Below are positions 1-13,565 of a stretch of 64,000 nucleotides of DNA, one piece after another. The notes under the pieces were generated by a model, which did no database searches, was not told where the DNA came from, and saw only the letters and a program-made list of their open reading frames with translations. The stretch's first letter is position 1, and each line of letters begins with the position of its first letter. The DNA comes from Raja brachyura (lineage: Eukaryota), in assembly GCA_963514005.1 (NCBI GenBank), contig OY740820.1, forward strand, positions 13,206,001 through 13,270,000. Direction: 5' to 3'. A program made the position numbers and the translations under genes.

Positions 1-967
1 CAATTTAAAATTCATATATATTTTTACCTTTACTCTAACAATATCCTCTTGTAATTTTGCAAACATGATGTTTAGAATAGGACTGGTGTTGTACTGAAGG
101 GCTGAGATTACATTGGGCCAAATTTAAAAAAAGATTTGCGTTATTTTTTATCTTTGTCTTTGTTACACCTACTTTGCCCAAAGTCTGGAACTACTGTTCT
201 TTGTAATGGTAGTTCATGTGTCTGTATTCATAATAAATCTGGTATGGAAAAGATTCAAAGAAAAGTGTTTCTAGTTGCTTTTAAACTTGTCGTTCTAGTA
301 AACAAAAGCTCAAAATTGATCTGTAGTTTTGAGGAGGAAGTTTACCAGAGATAGAACCCAATGCACAACGAGAGTTCATTCATAACAGTATAATCTTTGG
401 TACACAAGAATATGTAAATATTTATCGAGCCAAGCTATTTGATAGTGCGTGTTAAAAGGATATTAGATCATTGGCAAGACGATTGCAGCGCTCGGTGTAG
501 GTTGGTCAATAATTATGGGATGAGCTATTGTACTATGCATCTTGCACAAACTATTCGGTATTAGATGACACCCGAGGTAGTTACTGAGCAAGAGTCATCG
601 AGTCTTAAAGGAACTCTCATGTTATCTTTGTCTTCTGTTCTTCGTGAAATGAGATGTGAAATTATGAAATCATAAATATTTCTGCTATGTATTTTGGACT
701 TTATTAGCCTCATTGGTGACCCTCGGACTATCCTTGATCGGACTTTGCTGGCTTTGCCTTGCACAATGTTATTCCCTTATCGTGTATCCATACGCTGTAA
801 ATAGCTCGATTGTAATCATGTATTGTCTTTCCACTGACTGGATGGCACGCAACAAAACTTTTCACTGTATCTCAGTTAACGTGACAATAAACTAAACTCA
901 ACATAACTAATTGCTGACTGATAACAATTCAAATCAATTCATTATAAAATACATTACTGGATACCTG

Positions 968-1068
968 GGGTAGACAAAAATGCTGGAGAAACTCAGTGGG
1001 TGAGGCAGCATCTATAGAGCGAAGGAAATGGGCAAAGTTTCGGGTCGAGGCCCTTCTTCAGACCCTTC
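968..1068 (-). mobile_element. Solo Penelope terminal-repeat module with 13 bp TSD
   Basis: TACTGGATACCTG at 955-967 and 1069-1081. Confidence 0.8.
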
Positions 1069-1995
1069 TACTGGATACCTGAATTTGTCGAGTTCTAAAT
1101 GTTTAGAAATATTATTTTCTTAAGAATGGCTTTCACAGTATAGACCATATATTTTTCAGTGAGGTATTCAGTCTGTCGTGGGGTGGTTGGAAGTACCCAG
1201 GGAGGGTTAACTGGTAACTTCCCGATAGTGGATCCCCTAGTAGATTGACTACTTTCCCTGCAGGTAATTGCAGATACCAGTTTGTGAGTTTTCCTTGTGA
1301 CAGAAGCGCGCCTTATGTTTGATGGTCACCCAGAGACTACAATTGTTGGTACGAGTCTTTATCACATTTCTAAACCATTCTGGGGTTTTTTGTCTCCTAA
1401 CCAGTTAAATTGTGCTAATGCTGAAATGCTATCTTCAAAGTTCCAAGATTTCAAGTAATGATACTGAATGACTACTACTGAAATGACCAATGAATTTTGA
1501 TGCTTTCCAATTTTAAATTAAGTTCAAGTACAACAAATAAGCAATTGTTACCTTTTTTATGGATTTCAAAATTCAGTTTCAAAAAGTGACTTTTCTGCTT
1601 CGATCTAGAATATAGTTACTCTTTTACTGAAATGATGACCAAATGCATTGTATGTGGGAGAACAGTGACTGTAGAAGTAGTAGCTCAACTGTGTTGTTGA
1701 CCTATCCATACAGTAGCATGATGTGCTTGATTGTTTTCCATACATAAGAGTAATACTCTTTTCCAAGAGCAGACTATTTCAGGAAATAAATAACTTGCTG
1801 GTCTGCAAGTGTGCAAGTTTATATTTAACTCATCTTTAATTATTTTGTTCAAGAATGTTTTCATCCAGAAGTTTTAGCATTCTGGTATTATGTTATAGCT
1901 TCATGATGAATTGTGCTTTCTTGAAGTACGAGTGAATTCTTTAAATATTAAGTTTGTCTTACCAGATAAGATTAAAAAAGAATACTTTTATGACT

Positions 1996-2216
1996 GAAGA
2001 TAGACACAAAATGCTGGAGTAACTCAGCGGGACAGGCAGCATCTCTGGAGAGAAGACAATGGGTGACATTTTGGGTTGAGACCTTTCTTCAGACTGGTCT
2101 CGACCTGAAACGTCACCCATTCCTTCTATCCAGAGACGCTGCCTGTCCCGCTGAGTTACTCCAGCATTTTGTATCTATCTTTGGTGTAAACCAGCATCTG
2201 CAGTTCCTTCCTATAC
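1996..2216. repeat. Palindromic (head-to-head) Penelope terminal-repeat module
   Basis: gatagacacaaaatgctggagtaactcagcgggacaggcagc ... gctgcctgtcccgctgagttactccagcattttgtatctatc. Confidence 0.8.
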
Positions 2217-4008
2217 ATACTTGTATGACTTCTGGATGTCCCAAATGTCATTTTAAGCACCGCTGCAGTGCAGTGAAATAACAAGAGGAAATAAGGTAGA
2301 CACAAAATGCTGGAGTAGCTCAGAGGGACAGGCAGCATCTCTGGAGAGAAGGAATGGGTTGAGACCCTTCTTCAGTCTGAGTTACTGCAGCATTTTGTGT
2401 CTACCTTTGATTTAAACCAGCATCTGCAGTTCTTTCTTACACATAAGAAACAAAGCACAGTTTGAGTAGAGCAAGCATTAAAATTAAGAATCACATTAGA
2501 GTGCATTGATTAAACAGGATGAAAAAAGGAATAGAATGGTGGACATTGTACTTAGTTATGTGCAGGTAGACTCACATTTGCCAAGTTGGAAGGTGTTCAG
2601 ACATCTACACTTTCAATTTAGTCAGAGTTTAATTTGGTTTGTATGTACAGTAAGGTCGGTAATAACCATTTTGTAAGAACTGTTACTGTTGTATTAACAT
2701 ATTTAACATATGTTGCACGATTTGTGGATAGGCTCTAAATTCAAGTTCCCACCAAGACTCATCACGTTGGCTTTGCTTAAATCAGTACTCTGTGAAAGAG
2801 AGTCAGTTAACCTTTTCACAGGCAAGATGATGAAGTTTGATTGATTGACTTTTGGGACCTGAAGTGAAACTCCTCGGTTTGTTTCTTCCTGCAGTGAGTA
2901 CACATATCAAAATCTTGAACCCTAATTAAATCTAGAATGTGAAACTTCTTCCTCTGCAAAATTGTCAACAACTAATCAGGACCTACGCTGCTCAAGAATG
3001 ATGAAGTGTGAAGAAGGATCCCGACCCTAAATGTCACCTGTCCATTTTCTCCAGAGATGCTGCCTGACCCGTTGAGTTACTCCAGCACTTTGAGTCTATT
3101 TCTATGATTGGCACTTCACCTTGCAAGTTGTTTCAACTTCTGTTAAGTTGTTTCATTATCTGTTCATGGTAAGACGCAGCTCTAGATATTGTGGAATGAA
3201 GGGGTCTTTATCCAGAATGCACAGCAGTAGTGAAACCGTTCTCTGTGGTATTTGGTGTTTGCTTCTGTGGCTAGATTGGCTTCTGTGCTATTAAGAACAC
3301 CATTAAGAAGTTCTACCATTCCATTGAAACCTTGAACAATACTGCAATAACCATTTTGAAAATAAATATATCTGCAAGATAAAAGTAGCTTATGCCAGTC
3401 GATTGGGTGACATTTATTTACAGCTTTCCACATGTGTTTATAGATGCAATATTAATCCATGTCTTGTGTTGTACCTACTTCTAGCAGCACGTCTATTGAC
3501 ACCTATTCAGAATGCTACTTGTGTATTGACACTATCACATTGTTCATGAGAAGTAGCTCTCCTGGGTTTACCCTATATACACCTTTGAGTTTTCCTGCCA
3601 GAATAAGAGGAAAATATAGACTTAGTTCTTAGACCATCCTTTCACTAGAATTATCAAAAGACAGAATTACTGTATTAGTTTGGAATAATTAGGTATTTGT
3701 CTTTTGTAATGTGAGCATCGTTGGCAAGCCCTGCATTTATTGCTCGTCCTTAATTGCTTTTGAGTCTGCATCTTTGCAACCAGTGTGTTCCCTCTGGTGA
3801 AGGTGCTCCCACAATTTATTTACTTGCAAAAAATAAAACTCCACGTTTCTGTATGTTTTTTGAAGCTGCACAGCATATTCCCAGTTGGAGTACAAGAGTG
3901 TGAGGAGCCAGAGTCTCCAAAACAAAATTAATGCCAAGAGGTTGCAATCTAAATGATTTGGGCATTTAGTCACTTGTAATTGTTCACTGCTTAACTGTGT
4001 ATAAATTA

Positions 4009-5852
4009 CAGTGCCCTCCACAATGTATGGGACAAAGACCCATCATTTATTTAGCTGCCTTTGTACTCCACAATTTGAGATTTGTAATAGAAAAAAAATC
4101 ACATGTGGTTAAAGTGCACATTGTCAGATTTTAATAAAGGCCATTTTTTATACATTTTGGTTTCACCATGTAGAAATTACCGCAGTGTAAATACATAGTC
4201 CCCCAATTTCAGGGCACCGTAATGTTTGGGACACAGCAATGTAATGTAAATGAAAGTAGTCATGTTTAGTATTTTGTTGCATATCCGTTGCATGCAATGA
4301 CTGCTTGAAGTCTGAGATTCATGGACATCACCAGTTGCTGGGTGTCTTCTCTGGTGATGCTCTGCCAGGCCTGTATTGCAGCCATCTTTAGCTTATGCTT
4401 GTTTTGGGGGCTAGTCCCCTTCAATTTACTCTTCAGCATATAAAAGGCATGCTCAATTGGGTTCAGATTGGGTGATTGACTTGACCACTCAAGAATGGAC
4501 CATTTTTTAGTTTTGAAAAACTGCTTTGTTGCTTTAGCAGTATGTTTGGGGTCATTGTCTTGCTGTAGAATGAACCGCCGGCCAATGGGATTCAAGGCAT
4601 TTGTTTGAACTTGAGCAGATAGGATCTATGCACTTCAGAATTCATTATGTTACTACCATCAGCAGTTGTATCATCAATGAAGATAAGTGAGCCAGTACCT
4701 TCAGCAACCATACATGCTCAGGCCATAACACCCCCACCACCGTGTTTCACAGATGAGGTGGTATGCTTTGGATCTTGGGCAGTTCCTTCTCATCTCCATA
4801 CTTTGCTCCTCATATAACTCTGATATAAATTCATATTTGTCTCATCTGTCCACAAGACCCTTTTCCCGAACTGTAGTTGCTCTTTTAGGTACTTGGCAAA
4901 TTGTTAGCTGGACATCCTATTTTTGCGGCTAACCAGTGGTTTGCATCTTGCAGCGTAGCCTCTGTATTTAGAAACATAGAAATTAGGTGCATGAGTAGGC
5001 AATTCGGCCCTTCGAGCCTGCACCACCATTCAAATATGATCATGGCTGATCATCCAACTCAGTATCCCGTACCTGCCTTCTCTCCATACCCTCTGATCCC
5101 CTTAGCCACAAGGGCCACATCTAACTCCCTCTTAAATATAGCCAATGAACTGGCCTCAACTACCCTCTGTGGCAATTTCTGTTCATTAAGTCTTCTGCGG
5201 ACAGTAGTCATTGACAAATCCATACCTGACTCCTGGAGAGTGTTTCTGATATGTCGGACAGGTGTTTGGGGATATTTCTTTATTATAGAGATAATTCTTC
5301 TGTCATCAGCTGTGGAGGTCTTCTTTGGCCTGCCAGTCCCTTTGTGATTAGTAAGCTCACCAGTGCACTCTTTCTTCTTAATGATGTTCCAAACAGTTGA
5401 TTTTGGTAAGCCTAAGGTTTGGCTGGTGTCTCTAACAGTTTTATTCTTGTTTCTCAGTCTCATAAAGGCTTCTTTGACTTTCATTGGCACAACTTTGGTC
5501 TTCATGTAGATAAACAGCAATAAAAGTTTACAAAGGTGATGGAAAGACTAGGTGCTGAGAGATCTCTTATACCTGCATTAAGGAGGCAATTAAACACACC
5601 TGAACAATTACAAACACCTGTGAAGCCACGTTTCCCAAACATTATGGTGCCCTGAAATGGATGGACTATGTATAAACACAGCTGTAATTTCTACATGCTG
5701 AAACCAAAATGTATAAAAATGGCCTTTATTAAAATCTGAAAATGTGCACTTTAACCACATGTGATTTTTTTCTATTACAAATCTCAAATTGTGGAGTACA
5801 GAGGCAAATAAATAAATGATGGTCTTTGTCCCAAACATTATAGAGGACACTG
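4009..5852 (-). mobile_element. Decayed Tc1/mariner DNA transposon (DD34E) with about 225 bp IR/DR-type terminal inverted repeats
   Basis: TA|CAGTGCCCTCC at left, ...GGACACTG at right. TIRs 4009-~4235 and ~5630-5852. ORF 4266-4595 has QQDNDPKH...SPNLNPIEH with 34 residues between D and E. ORF 5059-5520 has the HTH region. Confidence 0.93.
4969..5174 (-). mobile_element. CR1-type LINE 3' fragment nested in the Tc1 transposase
   Basis: LPQRVVEASSLAIFKRELDVAL C-terminus plus 3' tail and (CTATGTTT)-type end, matching copies at 14447 and 50245. Confidence 0.88.
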
Positions 5853-6998
5853 TGGCTATTTTTTTTTTCTCCCTTGCTGGTTAATAATTGCTGCAGAAGC
5901 ATAAGAATCATTTGCTTCTTTAACACAGAGACACATAACTGATTGGCAAGAGTTACTCAACAGGAAAACACAGAAAATGTTTCAGTTTTGCTCACAGCTG
6001 TAATTGTGTGAATAATAGCGTACTAAATCAAATCCAAGTGAGAACATTTATCTGAAATGTACACACATTCTTGGAGAAAGACTTCTCATATTTTGATTTG
6101 TATTGGAAAGTGGTGTTAAGGGATTGGGTAGGCTGGTGCTGGTGGAGATTGATGGTGAAACTGGGATTCCCTTTACACATCACATTATCAATCCTGCCCA
6201 ATGCAGCCAGTCAAGGTTGAATTGATCTTCTAGCAAGGATGTTTTAAAGCAAAAACTTATAACTACTGTGCGGTTTATGTTGCTAGTGTTTACAAAAGAT
6301 GACATTACTTGTGATTCACTGTTCCCATACATTGATATTGTTGTTGAGAACTCAGCCAGAGTAAGTTTCTGACAGTATTCAAAACACTTGCATCCATTAA
6401 AATGAAGTAAGCAACTTTTTAATTGGACCTCGATTTGTCATTATGATTTTACAGTTCTTTGAGCACTCTTTCAATATAATATTCACTTGTTTTAGCAAAA
6501 TCTTTGTAGATGTGGTGTATTCCCGGATCCAGAAATCCAAAGGGTGTAGGCATGAGTGTATCTGGTACACAGTAGTAAACCATCCAGTACCAGATCTGTC
6601 CAGACCATATCAAACTTTGTTGTGCTCTGCTGCCCTATGTCAAAACTATCCACGTACTGTATTCTTAAATCATTCTTTCAATTTGTTCTGCTATCCCTTC
6701 AAATATGAGGAATTTCTAGATTTGTTTATCACTAAGATGAGGATCATTTATTGACCTTTGGTCATTTATAATATCTACCAAGGATCTTCTCCCTTACCTA
6801 TTAATATTATTGACAAGCTTTTTTTCATTTTGTACATTTATGAAGCATTTTGGGACATTTTACTACATTCATGATATTATATGTAAATGCAAAGTCTCAT
6901 AAAATATTTTAATGAAGTGAATGTGCATTTATTGGTGCCGTACTGATGGTTGTGTTTCCTCTCTAGGTTTATAGGGCTCCCTTGAGTATGAACACATA

Positions 6999-7175
6999 AT
7001 GAAGCGCCGACTGGATGAGCAAGAAACAGCTTATGCATCTCAGCAACGTCGCATTGCTGAAACCTTTTCACACCAGCATCGTGTACTAGCCCCAGCACCT
7101 CCTGTCTACGAGGCTGTATCGGAGAACATGCAGCCGACAGCAGGCATTCAGTACTCGGTCACACCAGGATACCAG
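6999..7175 (+). CDS. SIN3A: SIN3A coding exon 1 (MKRRLDEQ...TPGYQ); exon begins at 6967 after ctctag
   Basis: ATG at 6999; donor CAG|gtact; 177 nt. Confidence 0.95.
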
Positions 7176-7295
7176 GTACTTGTCATTTGTTTACAGCGAT
7201 TCCCTTGCATTGGGATTCATCCCGCTCTTTGCACATTCAGTAGCTCGTGAACACCAGAGACATGTTCAGTTGGTATTTCACTAATGCCTTATCTC

Positions 7296-7902
7296 ACATG
7301 GTGGTGCAGCGGGAGACTTGCTGCCTTACAGCGCCAGTCACCCAAGTACGACCTGACTGCGGGTGCTGTATATACGGAGTTCATACCTTCTTACTTCCCA
7401 GTGATCGCAAGGGTTTCCTCCTGATGCTCTGGTTTTCTTCCACATTCCACAGACATGCAGGTTTTGGCTTCTGTAAATTGTCGCTGGTGTGTAGGATAAA
7501 ACTAGTTACCAGGAGATTGTTGAAATGGACTTTAGTTTTAGTTTTGGTGTTACAGCGAGGAAACAGGCCCTTTCGGCCCACCCGGTCCGCGCCGACCAGC
7601 GATCCCCGCACATTAACACTATCCTATACCCGCTAGGGACAATTTTTACATTTACCAAGCCCATTAGCCTACATACCTGTAAGTCTTTGGAGTGTGGGAG
7701 GAAACCGAAGATCTCTGAGAAAACCCACACAGGTCACAGGGAGAACGTACAAACTCCGCACAGACAGCACCCGTAGTCGGGATCGAACCGGGGTCTCCGG
7801 CGCTGCATTAGCTGTAAGGCAGCAATTCTACCGCTGCGCCACCGTGCCTACTTTGTGGGCTGAAGGGCTAGTTTCCACGCTGTGTCACAAAACTAAACTA
7901 AA
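7296..7902. mobile_element. V-SINE (HE1-like), + strand, interrupted by a second V-SINE on the - strand (about 7531-7848)
   Basis: tRNA-like head GGTGGCGCAGCGGTAGA...GGTTCGATCC, central GGAGTTTGTACGTTCTCCC..GGTTTCCTCCCACACTCCAAAGAC, (CTAAA)n tail; the outer copy's tail resumes at 7849. Confidence 0.82.
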
Positions 7903-9633
7903 TTTGAATGATTTAATTCCTTTCCTCCTGTCATAAGTAATTAACTTTTCAAATTCTATTTTTACTGAAGGTAATCTCAAAGCAAATTAATCCAATGTCT
8001 ATTTACTATTTGATGTACATTTTTTTAATAGTCTGAAATGATGTATTTTGCTCGTTACTCTGGAGGAGCTGTAATTGGATTGTGATTCTCAGTTGCACGG
8101 GCACAAATTTAGTCTTGCTTTCGCCAAGGATTTTAACAGGACTGGATTTGACCATTTTATTTACCATATTTTTAAAGCATAAAATTGTACAAAATGTACA
8201 ACACTGGGTGGCATTCAACACACACAGTTTCCATGTCCATCAAAAAAGAGTATTTTCCACCAGCCAGTTGCTCAAGTGCGTATATCAACATCCTTTAACT
8301 ATGATGAGGGCTTCTGCATCTACCACTCTGTAAGGCAATGTTCCAAATGTCTAATATTCTCTGGGTGAAAGGGTTTTTCTTCAGCTTTATTCTGATCCTT
8401 ATAATTGTACTTTAAATCTATGCACAGTTGCGGCACCAAAAGTGGTGAATAAACAGTTGCTTTATTCAGGTGTTCCATGCAAGTTTGGTCCACTAACATA
8501 ATTGTCATTGTAGCTGAGCGAGGGTGTTGTCTCGAGCTCAGCTACCTGTCGACTGGGCTGATCTCAAGGTGAGATATGCTTATGTAGCAGGACACTCCCC
8601 TTAACCCATGACGCCACGTGACAGCCCTTATCACCACTGACGAGGGTTCGACCATAAGTGGTTTGTCTATCAGCTGACGCCGCAACACCTTTGTTTTTGA
8701 CTTGTCAGCTAATGACAGTAGAAACAGTGATAACAGCAAAATTGCAGCAAATGAAGGCCATTCTGTACCATCATGGGTGATTCTCTGTGTGAACTATGTA
8801 GACTCGTGCTCACCCCACACTCGTTGGTGTCTGTTGTACTTGAATATCAATCCAATTGAATGTATTCAGTGACTCGTCCAAAACCTTTTGTGATGGTGAA
8901 TTGCAAAGGTTCACCATTCCTGTGAGTGAAGACATTTCTTCTCGTCTCACCCCTAAATCTCTTACCCTCCTATCCTGAGACTGTGACGCTCAGTTCTAGA
9001 CCCCAGCCAAAGAAACATCCTCCCTGCATCCAGCACATCTTGCCTTGTCAAAATAATGGTCCTAAGTCAGAGGGCCAGTCATTCGCCAAAGAAGTTCACA
9101 CTGGATGGCTAGACTTTATTCACCGTGTAATCGAACCCGGGTCTCTGGAGCTGCAAGGCAGCATCTCTACCGCTGTGCCAGAGTATAGTTGTGCCACTGT
9201 GCTGTCCTCTTTGCTACTTAAATTTCATTAGCTTCAGCTATAACACTTTAGTTATGTTCCTGAGAAACTTTGTGCTATCGAAGATTATGTTCAAAATCAA
9301 TTGTCAGTGGGGGTAAAGGGGGTTAGGGGCTAGAGAATTTCAAGCATACAGTAACAAAGACTTCTCCCCAGCAGAATTTTCAAAAGTAAAGATTTTTTTT
9401 TATAAGCTTTAAATTTCTTCTTGTTATTGCAAGCTAAAAATGTTGCATTGTTTAATAGAGTATCATTGCACAAATGTCAACACTTGTACTGGATTGTTTG
9501 TTGGTTATAATGGCCACGTCTGGCGAAACTGGACCCTGTGGGGCTCTCTTTCAGACTTGGGATTATTGGGCAATGCATATGAAGGCTCAGTGAGTGTGAA
9601 GGGCTGTAAGTTGCATCTTTGTTTTTGCTACAG

Positions 9634-9813
9634 GTTTCGGCTATGCCTCAGAGCTCTGGTAGTCACAGCCATACTCCGGCTGTGCACAGTGGCCACCATC
9701 ACACTGCGTCAGTTCAACCTCATGGACAGCAGGTGGTGTCCCAGAGCCATGCTCACCCTCCAGGAGCACCAGCTACACCAGTCCAAGGGCAGCAGCAGTT
9801 CCAGAGGCTCAAG
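9634..9813 (+). CDS. SIN3A: SIN3A coding exon 2 (VSAMPQ...QFQRLK)
   Basis: tacag| acceptor, AAG|gtcag donor; 180 nt. Confidence 0.95.
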
Positions 9814-12108
9814 GTCAGCTGTGGTTTCAACAGTACAACTCCAAACTGTTTCATAGGCAAACGCTTAGAAAATCTGAATTTGCTAAACTTATACGATTTA
9901 AAGTAATTTGCCACATGTCATTCACAGCTATAGTTGCCTCCCACAAATGTAGGAAAATGGAACGGCAGACGTTAAGGAGTTTGTGACAAAGGAGACAAAT
10001 GGTTGTCACAGGAGAGGAGGAGTGAAACGTAAAGCCAGGGGGAGGGAGGGAGTGGTGAACGGGGTCAGGGGAGGGGAAAGAGGGGAGATTAAAGGAAAAC
10101 GGGGGATACACTGATATGACATGAGTGTACTACAACAATTACATTATAATACAATACCGTTTATTGTCATTTGAACCTCAAATGAAGTTCAAACGAAATT
10201 TGGTTTCTGCAGTCATACAACAAGAAAAGAGCCAAGGCACACACCAACACAATTTACACAAACATCCATCACAGTGAATCTCCTCCTCATTGTGATGGAC
10301 GGCAAAGTCTTGTCTCTCCCCTGCACTCCCCATTCTTCTCCCAATGTCATAGCCCGCGGCGGGCGATGGTAAGCCCCGCGGCCATTAAATCCGCGCCGGG
10401 CGATGTAAGGCCCCGCTCCGGGTCATTTTCAACCCCGCAATTCGGGCGGGAGAAGTTGCCGTTGCGGGAGCTCCGAAAAGCGGTCTCCCGCCAGGGACTT
10501 GCGATCTCCCCATGTCACCGTCCACCGGGCCTGCGGCTGGAACCTCCGAAACGCCGGATTCGGGTCGCAGCCGCGCGCCACCACAGCTCTCCACACCCCG
10601 AAGCCGGCCAGCTCCACGAAAGAGGGGAAAGGAGCAGGGTGACTCCGGGGAAAAAAGACACCAAATGCCGGAGTAACTTAGAGGATCAGGCAGCATCTCT
10701 GGAGAACATGGATAGGTAATGTTTTGAATCTGAACAAGGGTCCAGACCTGAAACATCACCTATCCATTTTGCCCAGTGCTGTCTGACCCGCTGAGTTACT
10801 CCAGCACTTTGTGTCCTTTTTTATAGCACACATCATCCCCTGCCTGATTTAAATACATTCACTTAATTGAAGCAAAGGAAATTATTTGTGATCAGTTTGT
10901 TACGGGCTAAATGTCAGAAACAAATTTTAGACTATTCATGAATACTGATGGTGTTTTAACTAGTAGATATACGCAGCCTTCATAACAAGGTTATTATGCT
11001 TGAAATTAGCATGTACGACAAGAAAGTGACACACGAGTATTGTAATGAGCTGATAATTAGACGGCATACATTTCAGCTCATCATTAAAAGAACAAAGGTT
11101 AGGATTTTTTTTCTGTAAGAGCTAACGCAGGGAATTCGCTATCAGTAAATAATAGCAATTGACAATATGGTGAAAGTGAAAACAATTTGTGAAGAAGCAG
11201 CCTTTTCAGAGACGGCATCGGAGGTTGAATGGGCTGTGGTTCAAGATTTTATGAAAGGGTTCTGATGATGCATTTAACCATAGGTTTGAAGAGAAGCTGG
11301 TTTAATAATAGCAACTGAAACCACAAAGAGTATAATGATATGATGATAAACGTTTAGAGATGTAGATTTATTCTACTTTTGACAAATGTTTGTCTCACCA
11401 CTAGTTACTGCCTTGATAGTTGGCTGACAGCCATGGTTTTACAATGTACTTAAAATTATTGCATGATGCATGTTCTCTTGATTGGATCTTGTACTGGAAT
11501 TGAATTATTCTGTCTGTTCCAGCATGTCTTGAGTCTTTTGTGGCTCTTGCTGTCTCGCGTATCAAGGAAAGACGTGGTATTTACTGTTTTTAAAAATGTT
11601 GAGATCAGCTTAGTTTATTGTCGCGTGCACCAAGGTTCAGTGAAAAGCTTGTGTTGTGTGCTGACCAGCCGGGAGAAAGACAGGACATGATTACAATCGA
11701 GCCATTAGCAGAGTACAGATACATAAAGGAATGGCGTTTAGTTCAAGGTAAAGTCCGATCAAAGATAGTCCGAGGGAACTCCGACATTTTAAAAAGGTTA
11801 ATTATAGATGCTGAAATAGGAACCATAAGGGGTCCTTGTCTTATATTTTTCACACATTTAAAACAATTCTGTATATCAAACCAGTGTAATGAAGGGGACA
11901 CTTTTAATTTTAGAAATAATGCAGAATGCTATGTATCTTATTGTAACAAACTAAATGAAGACGGGTCTCGACCCGAAACATTGCCTATTCCATAGATGCT
12001 GCCTCACCCGCTGAGTTTCTCCAGCATTTTTGTCTACATTCTCATTTAACAATGGGTTTTGTATGGGATATTCTCACCTGCAATTAATTAATTTTTTATT
12101 AGTTTTAA

Positions 12109-12297
<189 letters not shown>

Positions 12298-12567
12298 TAA
12301 GTGTGAAGGGAGGTGTTGGTAAGCAGTCTTTGTCATACGCATGGGTGTACTGGTTATCTTAACCAATGTTTCTGTTTTTATTTTCTAAACGCTTAATAAC
12401 TGTTAGTGTGGATAAGAACGATGTAAAATGACCACAAGCGGTCCCCATGAGTTACTCCAGCTTTTTGTGTCTATCTTCGGTTTTAACCAGCATCTGCAGT
12501 TCCTTCTTACAGTGTAAAACTGATAGCAAGTTTATTGTTAGATGGAAGGGCATGTGCCTAGAATTGG

Positions 12568-12870
12568 CAGGCACAGTGGCAGAGAAGGATAGTTGCTGCC
12601 TCGCAGAGCCAGAGACCCTGGTACGATCCTGACTACGGGTGCAACCCATACGGAGTCTGTACGTTCTCCCTGTGACCTCGTTGGTTTTCTCTGGATGATC
12701 CAGTTTGCGCCCACATTCCTAAAACGTTCAGGTTTGTAGATTAATTGGCTGATGTAAATTGTCTCTCGTGTGTAGGATAGAACTAGTGTACCTGTGTTCG
12801 TTGGTTGACACAGACTTGGTGGGCCGAAGGGCCTGTCTCTACGCTTTGTCTTTAAACTAATCTAAACTAA
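12568..12870 (+). mobile_element. V-SINE (HE1-like)
   Basis: tRNA-derived head, V-domain, gggccgaagggcctgt tail, (CTAAA)n. Confidence 0.82.
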
Positions 12871-12957
12871 AGATGTGTGGCGATCTCATTAATGATTTAC
12901 ATCAGTCAAAATATTCAGCTTCATGAAGGTTAGTAGTCGGTAAATTATTTACTTAAT

Positions 12958-13400
12958 GTAATTTAGAGATACTGCGTGAAATCAGGCTCACCAAGTCAAT
13001 AGACAATAGGTGCAGGAGTAGGCCGTTTGGCCCTTCGAGCCAGCACCGCCATTCAATGTGATCATGGCTGAACGTCCCCAATCAGTACCCCGTTCCTGCC
13101 TTCTCCCCATATCGCCTGACTCCGCTATTTTTAAGAGCCCTGTGCAGACCAGCGATCCCTGCACACTAACACTAGTCCTACACACACTAGGGACAATTTT
13201 ACATTTATACCAAGTAAAATATCCAATAAACCTGTACGTCTTTGGAGTGTGGGAGGAAACTGGAGCTCCCGGAGAAAACCCACGCAGGTCACGGGGAGAA
13301 ATTACAAACTCTGTACAGTCGAGCACCCGTTCTCAGGATCGAACTCGAGTCTCTGGCGCCGTAAGGCATGAACTCTACCGCTGTGCCACCCTGTGCTGTC
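12958..13400 (-). mobile_element. V-SINE interrupted by a CR1 tail fragment (about 12995-13140)
   Basis: Reverse-complement SINE head at 13330-13395; CR1 tail caatagacaataggtgcaggagtagg inside. Confidence 0.75.
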
Positions 13401-13565
13401 CCAAAGGGTTGTGCATGCAGCCCAGTTCATCAAGCAAATTATTTATTTTCTCTTTTGCACTGCCTGGTGTTCTCATGTAGGGTATGATTTGACTGGATAG
13501 CACGCAAAGTGCAGATTTTCATCATTATCTCTCTACACATGACAACAATAAACCAATGCCCCTGT

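Noticed and set aside
10366-10759. GC-rich stretch with overlapping ORFs as a CpG-island promoter or extra exon (also 35169-35782, 37369-37678, 61024-61571)
   Set aside because: All belong to one dispersed repeat family. The ORFs are a by-product of high GC, and the SIN3A exons splice in frame without them.
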